The position numbers were made by a program, and so were the translations under genes. Of a DNA stretch of 64,000 bases, positions 44,244 to 53,690 are shown piece by piece (position 1 is the stretch's first letter; each line of letters starts with the position of its first letter). Location of the stretch: assembly GCA_021513695.1 (NCBI GenBank), contig CP084166.1, positions 768,001 to 832,000 of the forward strand, in the 5' to 3' direction. Source of the stretch: Candidatus Heimdallarchaeum aukensis. GTDB lineage: Archaea; Asgardarchaeota; Heimdallarchaeia; Heimdallarchaeales; Heimdallarchaeaceae. A model generated the notes under the pieces. It did no database searches. It saw nothing but the letters and a program-made list of their open reading frames with translations, and was not told the origin of the DNA.

Positions 44244-45587
44244 ATGTTTTGGCAAACAATTCTAGATATGATCTATAATGGATGGTTAAGTTTACTCGAT
44301 TACCTTTCATTTCATGTGCTCCTTTGTTTAATACCCGCTTTCTTTATTGCAGGAGCTATGATGGTGTTTGTGCCTAAAAATGCAATCTTAAAATATTTAG
44401 GGAAAGACTCGAAGAAAATTGTCTCGTATCCAGTAGCTGCAATTGCAGGTTTACTCATTGCAGTATGCTCTTGTACTGTTCTCCCCCTATTTGCAAGCAT
44501 AAAGAAAAAGGGAGCAGGATTAGGTCCAGCTATAACTTTTCTTTTTTCAGCTCCAGCTGTTAATATTCTAGCTCTGGTTTATACAGGAAGTATAATTGGA
44601 GCAGATATTGCCATAGCAAGGGCAATTTTGTCTTTATTATTTGCTATAATAATTGGATATATAATGGAGTTAATATTTGATAGGAAAAAACCAGAGAAAA
44701 AGAAAGGAAAAGAAGAAAAAAATCAAGAAATTGATCAACAAAAAGAAAGGAAAGAAGAAAAGAAAAAGCTCACAGTCAACTGGAGCAAACTAGGAACAAT
44801 TAGTCTGGGCGTTTTCGGATTATTATTAGGTATTCTTCTTTTAACTCTTGATAAGAAATTATTAGATTCAATGGGAATAGCTTCTCCGCTTATTTTTCAA
44901 ACAATAATGTGGATTATAGGGTTGGCTAGTTTAATTATTTTTTCTTTAATATACAATCAAAAAGAACTCTCTCTATTCTTTCTATTAATATACGTATTAT
45001 TTACTGGTACATCTCAAATAGCCTACTTTTCAGCCTATTGGGGAATTGGAAATTTGACTGTTAATCCATCTTTTCTTAACATGTTAACGAAAGCTCTTTT
45101 AACACTTATTGCAACCATTTATGTAGTTATTTTCACAATTTCAAGATTCGATAAAGAAGAAAGAAGAGAATGGATGAAGGAAACTTGGTCATTCTTTAAA
45201 TCGATCTTTCCTCTGATTGTTATTGGAGTTTTCGTTGCAGGAATGTTAGAGGTAATTATCCCTGAAAAATGGGTTCAATCAGTTGTTGGGAGGAATAGTG
45301 TCGTTGGAAACCTAACGGGTGTTCTTTTTGGAGTATTCATGTATTTTCCAACATTAATGGAGGTACCTATTGCTAGAATGTTTCTCAATTTAGGGATGTC
45401 AAGAGGTGTGCTTCTTGCTTATCTACTTGCAGACCCTGAATTGAGTATTCAATCTATTTTGGTTACTCGAAAATATTTAGGCAACAAGAAAAATTTTATA
45501 TTTGTGCTTTTAGTTACGATCTTCTGTACCATTGCTGGACTGATTTTCGGTCTTGTAGTTAGTAAAGAAAGTATAAAATGGTATTAA
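44244..45587 (+). CDS. predicted permease (ArsP/YraQ-type, PF03773-like) with a Lys/Glu-rich loop
   Basis: Polytopic protein. LIAVCSCTVLPLFASIKKKGAGLGPAITFLFSAPAVNILAL is typical of this permease family. The central loop is KKPEKKKGKEEKNQEIDQQKERKEEKKK. Confidence 0.7.
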   Translation: MFWQTILDMIYNGWLSLLDYLSFHVLLCLIPAFFIAGAMMVFVPKNAILKYLGKDSKKIVSYPVAAIAGLLIAVCSCTVLPLFASIKKKGAGLGPAITFLFSAPAVNILALVYTGSIIGADIAIARAILSLLFAIIIGYIMELIFDRKKPEKKKGKEEKNQEIDQQKERKEEKKKLTVNWSKLGTISLGVFGLLLGILLLTLDKKLLDSMGIASPLIFQTIMWIIGLASLIIFSLIYNQKELSLFFLLIYVLFTGTSQIAYFSAYWGIGNLTVNPSFLNMLTKALLTLIATIYVVIFTISRFDKEERREWMKETWSFFKSIFPLIVIGVFVAGMLEVIIPEKWVQSVVGRNSVVGNLTGVLFGVFMYFPTLMEVPIARMFLNLGMSRGVLLAYLLADPELSIQSILVTRKYLGNKKNFIFVLLVTIFCTIAGLIFGLVVSKESIKWY

Positions 45588-45598
45588 GAGGTGAAAAA

Positions 45599-45844
45599 AT
45601 GTCGGATAAAAAAACAATTAAAGTTATAGGTGCAGGATGTAAGAAATGTAAACTGCAATTAGACTATGTAAAAGAAGCTTTAGCAAAGCTAAACAAAGAA
45701 GATGAATATGAAATCAAATATATTACAAATGTAGATGAAATAGTGGAAGAAGATGTATTTCTTACACCAGCTGTAAAGATAGACAATGAAACAATAAATG
45801 AAGGTAAGGTAATAGGAATCAATAAGCTTGTAAAAATTCTTTAA
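45599..45844 (+). CDS. small thioredoxin-fold protein (redox-active disulfide protein 2-like)
   Basis: MSDKKTIKVIGAGCKKCKLQ with an intact CxxC. AGGTGA lies upstream of this ATG, so the track start at 45578 is probably too early. This is the usual partner of the upstream permease family. Confidence 0.75.
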   Translation: MSDKKTIKVIGAGCKKCKLQLDYVKEALAKLNKEDEYEIKYITNVDEIVEEDVFLTPAVKIDNETINEGKVIGINKLVKIL

Positions 45845-45913
45845 TATTTCTCTTTTTTTAATAGTATATATACTCGAAAATAATACAAAAAAGACTAAAG
45901 AAAAAGAAGAAAA

Positions 45914-46066
45914 AAAGGAAAATCTAAAGACTATTCTAATATCCCATTTCTTTTGAATATTTCCATAATCTCATTAACTTTTTCTTCTTGATCTATGTTC
46001 ATATCACTTGTTTCTAGTTCTAAGGACAAAAGTAGTCCTGTGGATTTATTACATACAATGCTGATG
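45914..46066. repeat. right copy of the ~152-bp direct repeat
   Basis: Covers the intergenic sequence plus the last ~45 codons of gene 45931..47676. It matches 44001..44152. Confidence 0.85.
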
Positions 46067-47676
46067 GTTTCAAGATTAAGTTCTTTTATATCGCTTGTGT
46101 CCCAGATATAGGTATGCAAAACGTTTCCAGATTCATATTCTACTTGTTTCATCACAATTTCTTTTCCTTCTAAAAATGCTTCTAAATTATTCATGTCAAT
46201 CTTTCTATTAATGTTTAAGGTTATAATGAAATCTCTTAATGCTTTTTTCTCCATTCTTGATTTACTTATCCGTAAATACACTACTAAAGCTACCCACGCA
46301 AAAATGCTGAAAATAAATAGTATAAGATTTGCTATCTGATCTCTAGCTAACGGTATTTTATTTACAATTGAATTATAAATTGTTTGGTCAGAAGAGATTT
46401 CTCCAATGGCAAAAGCTACAATCTCAAGAATTATTGAACCAGCAAGAATCAATTCGATCATATCAATAGCTTCGCTAGTTCTTGTATTAGCTTGAAGAAC
46501 TTGATTCATCGATTTTGTATTTTGTGTCATTGCTTTATTCATTTTTCTTATTTGCATTTCAGAAAGTGTATTTATGTGATCTCTCTTCCCTTCGAGCTCA
46601 GTAAGTAAACCCTTAATTACTTTAGTGCTTTCTTTTACTCTATTTCGTATGGTTTCTAATCCTTTTTCGATTTCAAAGAAAGAAAAAGTGGATAAACTAT
46701 CAAAATTATTTGTTAGCTGCTCACATGAATCATGCAAAAACTCTTTTACTTGTCCTAAAACGCTAATTGTACTTGTTAGAATAGTTATCTCTTCTTGTAC
46801 TTTGTTTAGAGCATCAGTATTTCCTTTTACAGCCATATTAACTAATTCTTGAATTTCATTGGTTTGATCATAAAGTTCCCATACTCGAGACATGAAACTG
46901 TCAATGAATATAGTTATTCCTTCTTTTATACCGTTATAAATTGAGTAATATTCCATTTCTTCAGTAAACTCTTTGGGTACAAGAATAGCCCCTCTATTAC
47001 CTATAAAATAGATGGAACCATCTATAGAATGTGCTCTAAACCCTTCTCCAATTATTTGACTTATCTCAATCTCACAATCTTCACCATCTAAGTAATCTTT
47101 TACGTCTTCAAACTTCTTGTTTATATCTTCCCCAACAATGAGAATAGTTTTAGGTCTATACATTGGGTTACCAAAAATAATTTTGATAAAGTTCCTCTGA
47201 AATTCTGTAAGAAGAGAGTCTATAACTTGTGATGAATCTTGTGAAAGATCAGCAATAACGCGAGAGAGTTTATCTAAAGACATAAAGCTATTCTTTCCAT
47301 TAATTTCACGAAGATCTAAAGAATAAATAATAAAACCTAACTTTGAAATAAATACAGCCATTTCCTCAATCTGTACTATTCCTTCTTCTTCAGGTAGATC
47401 AATTATTGCTTCAAGATTAACATAATTATTAATATCGTAATCCTTTACTGTTACTTTTGTATATTTGCCTTCTGTTAGAAAAGAGGGAGAATCAGGGTCA
47501 GAGTCAATCAATCCTGTAAGTAAAGTTTTAGAAGAACTCTTTTCTATATCTAGTTTCTTATTAAGTTCTCTCAGCTGATTACTATCAAAAGGAAGCCATT
47601 CAATTACGAAAATTTTAGGGTTTTTTAGAAAAAGTATTTCACTTAATTCATCCTTTATGTTATCTGATTTTTGCAT
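45931..47676 (-). CDS. large membrane protein: soluble N-region, long Q/N/T-rich helix, two TM helices, C-terminal domain
   Basis: MNKAMTQNTKSMNQVLQANTRTSEAIDMIE runs straight into TM1 (LILAGSIILEIVAFAIG). TM2 is ANLILFIFSIFAWVALVVYL. About 110 aa follow TM2. I recognise no family. Confidence 0.5.
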   Translation of the reverse strand: MQKSDNIKDELSEILFLKNPKIFVIEWLPFDSNQLRELNKKLDIEKSSSKTLLTGLIDSDPDSPSFLTEGKYTKVTVKDYDINNYVNLEAIIDLPEEEGIVQIEEMAVFISKLGFIIYSLDLREINGKNSFMSLDKLSRVIADLSQDSSQVIDSLLTEFQRNFIKIIFGNPMYRPKTILIVGEDINKKFEDVKDYLDGEDCEIEISQIIGEGFRAHSIDGSIYFIGNRGAILVPKEFTEEMEYYSIYNGIKEGITIFIDSFMSRVWELYDQTNEIQELVNMAVKGNTDALNKVQEEITILTSTISVLGQVKEFLHDSCEQLTNNFDSLSTFSFFEIEKGLETIRNRVKESTKVIKGLLTELEGKRDHINTLSEMQIRKMNKAMTQNTKSMNQVLQANTRTSEAIDMIELILAGSIILEIVAFAIGEISSDQTIYNSIVNKIPLARDQIANLILFIFSIFAWVALVVYLRISKSRMEKKALRDFIITLNINRKIDMNNLEAFLEGKEIVMKQVEYESGNVLHTYIWDTSDIKELNLETISIVCNKSTGLLLSLELETSDMNIDQEEKVNEIMEIFKRNGILE

Positions 47677-47680
47677 TTTG

Positions 47681-48286
47681 TCACCTCACTAACCTATCTG
47701 AAACTCTAATGAAATAGGGCTCAGAAACATAACTCACATCTTCGCTTTCTAGAAAATCAAGATCAGTATCTGATTCATCACAAATAGGGCAATCCATTTT
47801 GATAATAGGTTTTTCACCTAGTTCCATATAAAACTTCAAATGAGTGTTACATTTTTTGCAATAAAATAAATTCTTAACTTCTTCTTTTACATCTGCAGGA
47901 ATTTGTTTTAGTAACTCATATCCTTGAGGAGTAATTCTGTAAGCTGTCACAAATCCATGTTTTGCAGTGCTTAATCTTATTTTTTCTAGAATGTCCAACT
48001 CTCTTAAATCTTCGATATCATCTACTCCTTCATAACTAATGTTACAGCTATAACAGCTTCTACCAAAAAATTGAACTGAAGTAGGAGCATAGTCATAAGT
48101 CTCATACGAGCCTTTAATAATCTGATAGTAAATAACTGCAAGCAAAGGTAACTCTTTTATCCAGATTCTCTTTCCATTTTGAATAAAAGAATTATCGTCT
48201 GTTCCAGACACCCACTTTAGTAGATAGTCTATAGTATATAATAATAGTTGTTGATCTCTAGTTAAGTCCTTAATTTCAACATCCAT
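47681..48286 (-). CDS. winged-helix plus zinc-ribbon protein
   Basis: LRELDILEKIRLSTAKHGFVTAYRITPQGYELL is wHTH-like. CxxC pairs are CYSC, CKKC and CPIC. Its stop lies 4 nt before the downstream membrane-protein gene. Confidence 0.5.
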   Translation of the reverse strand: MDVEIKDLTRDQQLLLYTIDYLLKWVSGTDDNSFIQNGKRIWIKELPLLAVIYYQIIKGSYETYDYAPTSVQFFGRSCYSCNISYEGVDDIEDLRELDILEKIRLSTAKHGFVTAYRITPQGYELLKQIPADVKEEVKNLFYCKKCNTHLKFYMELGEKPIIKMDCPICDESDTDLDFLESEDVSYVSEPYFIRVSDRLVR

Positions 48287-48466
48287 ATTTAACCAGTCTA
48301 ATAAATCCTAAGTTCTATAAAATGTTTTTGTGAGTTTTGGAAATATATCTCCACAAACTTGTTAATTAAAAATTTCACAAATCTTACTATTCATACTCTT
48401 TATTTTTTCAGTTAATTTTATATTACAGTATTTTTCTATCTTTTAAACGCCTTTTGAGATGATAAA

Positions 48467-50002
48467 ATGAAAATAAACCTCAACAAATTACAAAGAAAAG
48501 AAAATGGACAAGTAAGGATAGGAGTATTAATCAGTGGAACAGGCATCGGAGTTTTTATGGCCTCTCTTGATGCCACAGTAGCAGTAATCCTCCTTGAGCT
48601 CATACGAGCAGATTTCAATGTTAGTCCTAATAGAATTCAGTGGGTAGTTCTAAGTTATTTATTAGTAATGATGGCGTTTACTATTATTGCAGGAGATCTA
48701 GGAGATAAAATAAGTAATAAACATATTTTTCAATTAGGAATGCTTATTTTTGCTTTAGGTTCTTTTCTTTGTTTTCTTTCACATAGCCTAATGTTTCTGA
48801 TTTTTGCCAGGGCAATCCAGTCATTAGGAGCTACTGGAATGATAGCTAATGGTATTGCCCTTGTTACTCGCTTTACAACTAGAAATAATAGAGGAAAAGC
48901 AATGGGTTTAAGCAACCTAATAATTTCTGTTTCTGTCATTTCTGGCCCTTTACTTGGTGCTTTAATAACCCATTATTATAGTTGGAGAGTAGTCTTTCTA
49001 GTTAATGTTCCCATAGGTTTAGTCGGATTGATTTGGGGACAATTTGCAATTCCTGAAACACCTTCATTAAAGAAAGAAAAAAAGGCTGATTATATAGGTT
49101 CGTTATCTTTTGCTTCATTTTTGACATTATTTATGTTAAGTTTAAGTCTATTTGTAGAGGAGATCGTACCCAACTCACAAACCTATGCAATAATAAGTTT
49201 AGTTGGAAGTGTTATCTTCTTTCCTATTTTTATCTGGTGGGAAGGGAGACATGATAATCCCTTAATTGATCTCAAGTTGTTAAAAGACAAAAAAATAAGC
49301 TTTGGGCTAATCACCGCAGTGATGAAACACCAAGGCTATATAATTATTCTTTATCATCTTAACATTTATCTTCAAGCAATACATATAGCAGCAAGAATAG
49401 ATAATATTGAACTTCCTTCAATAATAATTGTAGGATTAATTATTTCTGGTTTGCCTGTCGGAATGGCTATAATGGCTGTAATTTCAGGGTATCTCTCTGA
49501 TAAAATAGATGCACGTTATTTATGTACAGCTGCAATTTTGGGAGTTGTGTTAATGCTAATTCTGTTGTTTATTTTCTTATCAGTCGATGCTCCTATTTGG
49601 TTCTATGTAATTGTTACTACAATAATAGGAGTTTGTATAGGACTATTTCAATCACCAAACATTAATTCAGTCATGTCTGCAGCTCCAAAAGATAAAGTAG
49701 GCGTAATAAGTGGTCTTCACGGGTTAACAACAAGTATTGGTATAAGTTTAGGAACAGCTATTTCTACAGCAGTATTGACTCTAGGAGGAACAATAATAGC
49801 AAATAGTAAAGGGATTCAAGTAGGAAATCTTGTTGATACACCAGAAGTCTATGTTCCAGCTCTTCGTTGGATGTTCCTATTCTTTGCTATCATAACTTCC
49901 TTTGGTGCAATAATATCTTATCTCAGAGGACCAGAAAACAGAGAGAAAATAGAAGAAGAAAAAGTTAATTTGAAAAACTTTAAATCATTAATAAAAAATT
50001 AA
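48467..50002 (+). CDS. MFS transporter, 14-TM drug:H+ antiporter (DHA2/EmrB-like)
   Basis: FMASLDATVAVILLELI, WVVLSYLLVMMAFTIIAGDLGDK and many TM segments. Confidence 0.8.
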   Translation: MKINLNKLQRKENGQVRIGVLISGTGIGVFMASLDATVAVILLELIRADFNVSPNRIQWVVLSYLLVMMAFTIIAGDLGDKISNKHIFQLGMLIFALGSFLCFLSHSLMFLIFARAIQSLGATGMIANGIALVTRFTTRNNRGKAMGLSNLIISVSVISGPLLGALITHYYSWRVVFLVNVPIGLVGLIWGQFAIPETPSLKKEKKADYIGSLSFASFLTLFMLSLSLFVEEIVPNSQTYAIISLVGSVIFFPIFIWWEGRHDNPLIDLKLLKDKKISFGLITAVMKHQGYIIILYHLNIYLQAIHIAARIDNIELPSIIIVGLIISGLPVGMAIMAVISGYLSDKIDARYLCTAAILGVVLMLILLFIFLSVDAPIWFYVIVTTIIGVCIGLFQSPNINSVMSAAPKDKVGVISGLHGLTTSIGISLGTAISTAVLTLGGTIIANSKGIQVGNLVDTPEVYVPALRWMFLFFAIITSFGAIISYLRGPENREKIEEEKVNLKNFKSLIKN

Positions 50003-50049
50003 CAAACATAATAAAATCAATAAAAAATAAATAGAAAAGTGTAAACTTA

Positions 50050-50517
50050 ATGAGAGGAGTGTTTATAGCTTTAGAAAAAGAGAATAAGTTTGAATACTAT
50101 TTCAAACCAGAAAAAATCATTGATGAAATAGAGTGGACAGAATTAAAAATTCAGCAATTACATGAACAAGGAATGATTAATGAATTCTTTTCTATAAGTT
50201 TACATGAATATCAAATTGCAGGACAGTTTTTTACACTGAAAAACAATAAGAACAAGAAACACATAATAGGCTTTTTATTAAACGAAAATACGAATCCAAT
50301 CCCCTATAGAAGCCTAATAAACTCTCTTCTCTCATTTGTAAATTCATTAATAATAACGGACGAAGATAAAATTTTTGAGGAAATATTAGAAGACTTGATT
50401 AAATTGGCGAACAAACAATGTACTACAATTTCTGTAAATAACCACAAGAAGAAATTATGTGTTGAAAATAAAAAAACACTCTATGAAACACTAAAAGAAA
50501 ACTTGTGGGCTTTCTAA
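50050..50517 (+). CDS. hypothetical protein (possibly roadblock/longin-like)
   Basis: 155 aa. A weak strand/helix alternation (GVFIALEKEN.., HIIGFLLNEN..) is the only support. Confidence 0.3.
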   Translation: MRGVFIALEKENKFEYYFKPEKIIDEIEWTELKIQQLHEQGMINEFFSISLHEYQIAGQFFTLKNNKNKKHIIGFLLNENTNPIPYRSLINSLLSFVNSLIITDEDKIFEEILEDLIKLANKQCTTISVNNHKKKLCVENKKTLYETLKENLWAF

Positions 50518-50594
50518 ATATTAAATTTAATCAAATCTGTTATAATAATGGATATAGGAAAAAGCTTACTAATGTGTTTAAAAAAATATTTTAC

Positions 50595-52379
50595 ATGAGT
50601 GAAAACATTGTTCAATGGAATCTAAGCGATTTTTTTGATTCGATAAATGACCCGCGGATAGATAAGACAATATCAGAAATAGAAGAGAAAGTTGAAGATT
50701 TTGTCAAGAAAGCTAAAGGAAATTTACAAAAAATCGAACCAGCAAAGCTAAAAGAATTGTTTAAAGAATATGAAGAAATAAACGAAAAAAGTTTCTATCT
50801 GTCAGTTTATTCATACCTTGTATATTCTACTAATTCAATTGATGAAGAAGTAAAATCATTCTATGCAAAAATAGACGAGTTTTCAAGCAAAGTTTCTGAA
50901 AAAATGCTTTTCTTTGAAATTGAACTAAACACTATTTCAGATGAAGATTTTAAGAAACTTGTAGAAGCTCCTGAACTTAAAGAATATAAACACTTTTTAG
51001 AGTTTAATAGATTACAAAAACCTCATCAACTATCTGAAAAGGAAGAGCAGATAATCATAATGAAAGATCTAGTAGGCTCTAAAGCTTTTAATAAACTATA
51101 CACTGAAATCGTTTCTAGGTTTAGTTTTCAATTTGAATTGGATGGAGAAATAAAAACTTTAACTGGCCCTCAACTTATATCCTTACTTCAACATAAAGAC
51201 AGAGAAGTAAGAAAAAGAGCTTTACTTACCTATGTTGAAGCTTATAAGAACAACGAACTTGTTCTGACTCACATATATAATAACGTAATCAAGGATTTTG
51301 ATCTAGAAACAAAAAAACGTAACTATGAAAAACCAGTTCAACTTCGAAATCTAGAAAATGAGGTAGAAGATGAGATAGTAGAAGCACTAGAGAAAGCTAC
51401 AACAGAGAGCTACAAACCTTTAGTAGAACGTTATTACAATCTAAAAAAGAATATTCTAGGTTACGATGATTTGCATATGTATGATATTTATGCTCCTGTA
51501 GGCAATATAAATAAAGAATATGAATACGAAGAAGCAGTAGAAATAATAAAACAAGCAACAGAAAATTTTGATCCAGAGTTTAAAGAAATTGTTGAAAATA
51601 TGGTCAAAAAAGGACACATAGACCTTACTCCAAGGAGAGGAAAGGAAGGAGGAGCTTACTGCCACTATGGAAAGTTAAAGAATTATCCTTTTGTCTTTGT
51701 GAATTACACTAAGACCATTGATTCAGTCTTAACACTGGCACATGAGCTTGGACATGCGATACACTTTTACTACACACTAAAGAACCAAAATTATGTAAAT
51801 ATATTCCCAACAATACCTATGGCAGAAATAGCTTCAGTTTTCTGCGAGATAATGACTTTTGATTATCTAGTTAACCAGGATCTAAAAAAAGAAGAAAAAA
51901 TAGCTTTACTATGTACTCATCTAGAAGGAAATTTTGCCACTTCTCACAGACAAAACGCGTTTTATAGATTTGAAAAACAAATACATGAACTAATGAGCAA
52001 GAAACTCCCAAGCACAAAAGACTATGTAGATATTTTTACAAATGAAATGCAACTAATGTTTGGAAATGCAGTAGAAAAAATAAAAGAAGAATATTCACAT
52101 TATGCTTTCGTAGTAAATCATTTCTTACACACACCTTTCTACGTCTATGCATACAACATGTCTAATCTAATGGTAATAGCTTTATATCAACTATATCTAG
52201 AAAAAGGAAAAGAATACTTTATACCAAGATACAAAAAATTACTATCATCGGGAGGATCAGCAACACCACAAGAAATGCTAAAAGAATTCGAGATTGACTT
52301 GAAAGATGCTGAATTCTGGAAAAAAGGACTAAAGTACTTAGAAAGCAAAATAGATGAATTAGAAGAATTAATTAACTAA
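50595..52379 (+). CDS. pepF: oligoendopeptidase F (M3B)
   Basis: Contains the HELGHAIH zinc motif, and length and flanks are typical of PepF. I chose the internal ATG (MSENIVQWNLSDFF) because the track's GTG start at 50505 overlaps the previous gene. Confidence 0.85.
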   Translation: MSENIVQWNLSDFFDSINDPRIDKTISEIEEKVEDFVKKAKGNLQKIEPAKLKELFKEYEEINEKSFYLSVYSYLVYSTNSIDEEVKSFYAKIDEFSSKVSEKMLFFEIELNTISDEDFKKLVEAPELKEYKHFLEFNRLQKPHQLSEKEEQIIIMKDLVGSKAFNKLYTEIVSRFSFQFELDGEIKTLTGPQLISLLQHKDREVRKRALLTYVEAYKNNELVLTHIYNNVIKDFDLETKKRNYEKPVQLRNLENEVEDEIVEALEKATTESYKPLVERYYNLKKNILGYDDLHMYDIYAPVGNINKEYEYEEAVEIIKQATENFDPEFKEIVENMVKKGHIDLTPRRGKEGGAYCHYGKLKNYPFVFVNYTKTIDSVLTLAHELGHAIHFYYTLKNQNYVNIFPTIPMAEIASVFCEIMTFDYLVNQDLKKEEKIALLCTHLEGNFATSHRQNAFYRFEKQIHELMSKKLPSTKDYVDIFTNEMQLMFGNAVEKIKEEYSHYAFVVNHFLHTPFYVYAYNMSNLMVIALYQLYLEKGKEYFIPRYKKLLSSGGSATPQEMLKEFEIDLKDAEFWKKGLKYLESKIDELEELIN

Positions 52380-52546
52380 TTTTTTCTTTTTGTGAATTTC
52401 TTTAAAAAAGTATTTTGCATTCTAAAAAGCCAATTAGACCTATTAATTATAATTTGTGAAATTCTCCAAGGAAAAGAATACACATAATAACACCATAAAT
52501 AGAAAAATAATTAAATATAAAAATAAAGTATTTAATTAGAGTATTA

Positions 52547-53002
52547 ATGTCAGATATATCACTGTCCCTTACTGAAAAAGATAGTAGGAAACAAATGGAA
52601 GAGGAGTATAAAAGCCAACAGTTTGAAAGATTGCAAATTGCATCTGAAGAAGAAAATTCTATTAATACCATTTTAAAGAATGAAAACGTTTCAACTAAAA
52701 TTAGAGAAATAACTACAGCTATACCTATAATCAAATATAAAATAAACTTCTTAACAGATAATATTAAAGTTGTACACCTAAAAGACAAAAAAATCGAATC
52801 AGAAAAAATAAGCAATGAAATAAAAAAGTATGAAGAAACGGATGAAGATATTAGTGTAGAAAAAATAAAACCATTAATTCTTGAATATATAAAAAATAAA
52901 GAAGGTGTAAAAACTACAGAAATTATTGAACATTTCGATTTTGATACATGGTTAATATTAGAATCTCTAGATGAATTAAAAGAGGAAGGTATGATAGAAT
53001 AA
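52547..53002 (+). CDS. acidic protein with C-terminal winged-helix-like segment
   Basis: KPLILEYIKNKEGVKTTEIIEHFDFDTWLILESLDELKEEGMIE. Its stop abuts the next start at 53003. The antisense ORF 52447..53016 is low-complexity. Confidence 0.5.
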   Translation: MSDISLSLTEKDSRKQMEEEYKSQQFERLQIASEEENSINTILKNENVSTKIREITTAIPIIKYKINFLTDNIKVVHLKDKKIESEKISNEIKKYEETDEDISVEKIKPLILEYIKNKEGVKTTEIIEHFDFDTWLILESLDELKEEGMIE

Positions 53003-53212
53003 ATGACAGATATCACAAAAGAACTTAAACCAGGAGACAGATTTAGATTTGAACAGATAACTGTTCAAGCAAGAAAAATGTCTAAAGAAAAACTTGTGAG
53101 AGGAACTCAATCACATAAAGCTGTACTAGTTACTTTTAGCAAATCAGGAATAGTTTTTATAGACAAAACATGGAGGATTGCTAACAAAAGAGAAAGTGAT
53201 TATAGAAGGTGA
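53003..53212 (+). CDS. small hypothetical protein
   Basis: 69 aa, abutting the previous stop and overlapping the next ORF (coupled trio). Confidence 0.45.
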   Translation: MTDITKELKPGDRFRFEQITVQARKMSKEKLVRGTQSHKAVLVTFSKSGIVFIDKTWRIANKRESDYRR

Positions 53213-53690
53213 TAATATAACAAGAGAGGAAATAATAAATATAAGAATTGAAGAAGACTTAGACTTTGAAATTCAGCAATTAAATTTTAGCAGATACGAA
53301 GTAGAAGACGGAACTATATTAAGAATTTTAAATATACCAACAAAAATCTTTCGTTTAGCAGACTATGATAAACAAGGTTTTCCTGAGTATCTAGTTCAGC
53401 ACAAGAACATTGTTTCTGCTCTTGTTCCACAGGAGTTAAGAGGAGAAGCTTCTCATGAAATTTTTAACTTAAAAAAAGATAGAGTAGATATTATTGAATT
53501 TATTCCTCTAGAAGAGCCATTCAATGAGTTTAAATTGGGCGATGGAACTTTATTACGTATCAGACTTATAGTAAATCAAGTTTTTAAATCAGAAAAAAGA
53601 AACTACCTAGGAGAACCAATTTATGTAATAGACAGTTTAATTAGTATAACAAGGAAAATTCCAGATCATTTAAGAAAAAATAATTCATAA
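53178..53690 (+). CDS. hypothetical protein with an internal ~48-aa duplication
   Basis: FSRYEVEDGTILRILNIPTKIFRLADYDKQGFPEYLV aligns with FNEFKLGDGTLLRIRLIVNQVFKSEKRNYLGEPIYVI. The start may be GTG at 53193. Confidence 0.5.
   Translation: MLTKEKVIIEGDNITREEIINIRIEEDLDFEIQQLNFSRYEVEDGTILRILNIPTKIFRLADYDKQGFPEYLVQHKNIVSALVPQELRGEASHEIFNLKKDRVDIIEFIPLEEPFNEFKLGDGTLLRIRLIVNQVFKSEKRNYLGEPIYVIDSLISITRKIPDHLRKNNS

Noticed and set aside
50505-50594. Upstream GTG extension of the pepF ORF
   Set aside because: It overlaps the previous gene's end and encodes a non-PepF-like peptide. The internal ATG gives a typical PepF N-terminus.
52447-53016. Minus-strand 189-aa ORF
   Set aside because: The product is extremely Ser/Ile/Phe-rich. 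The plus-strand gene is abutted to downstream genes and has a wHTH-like end, so the plus strand is preferred.
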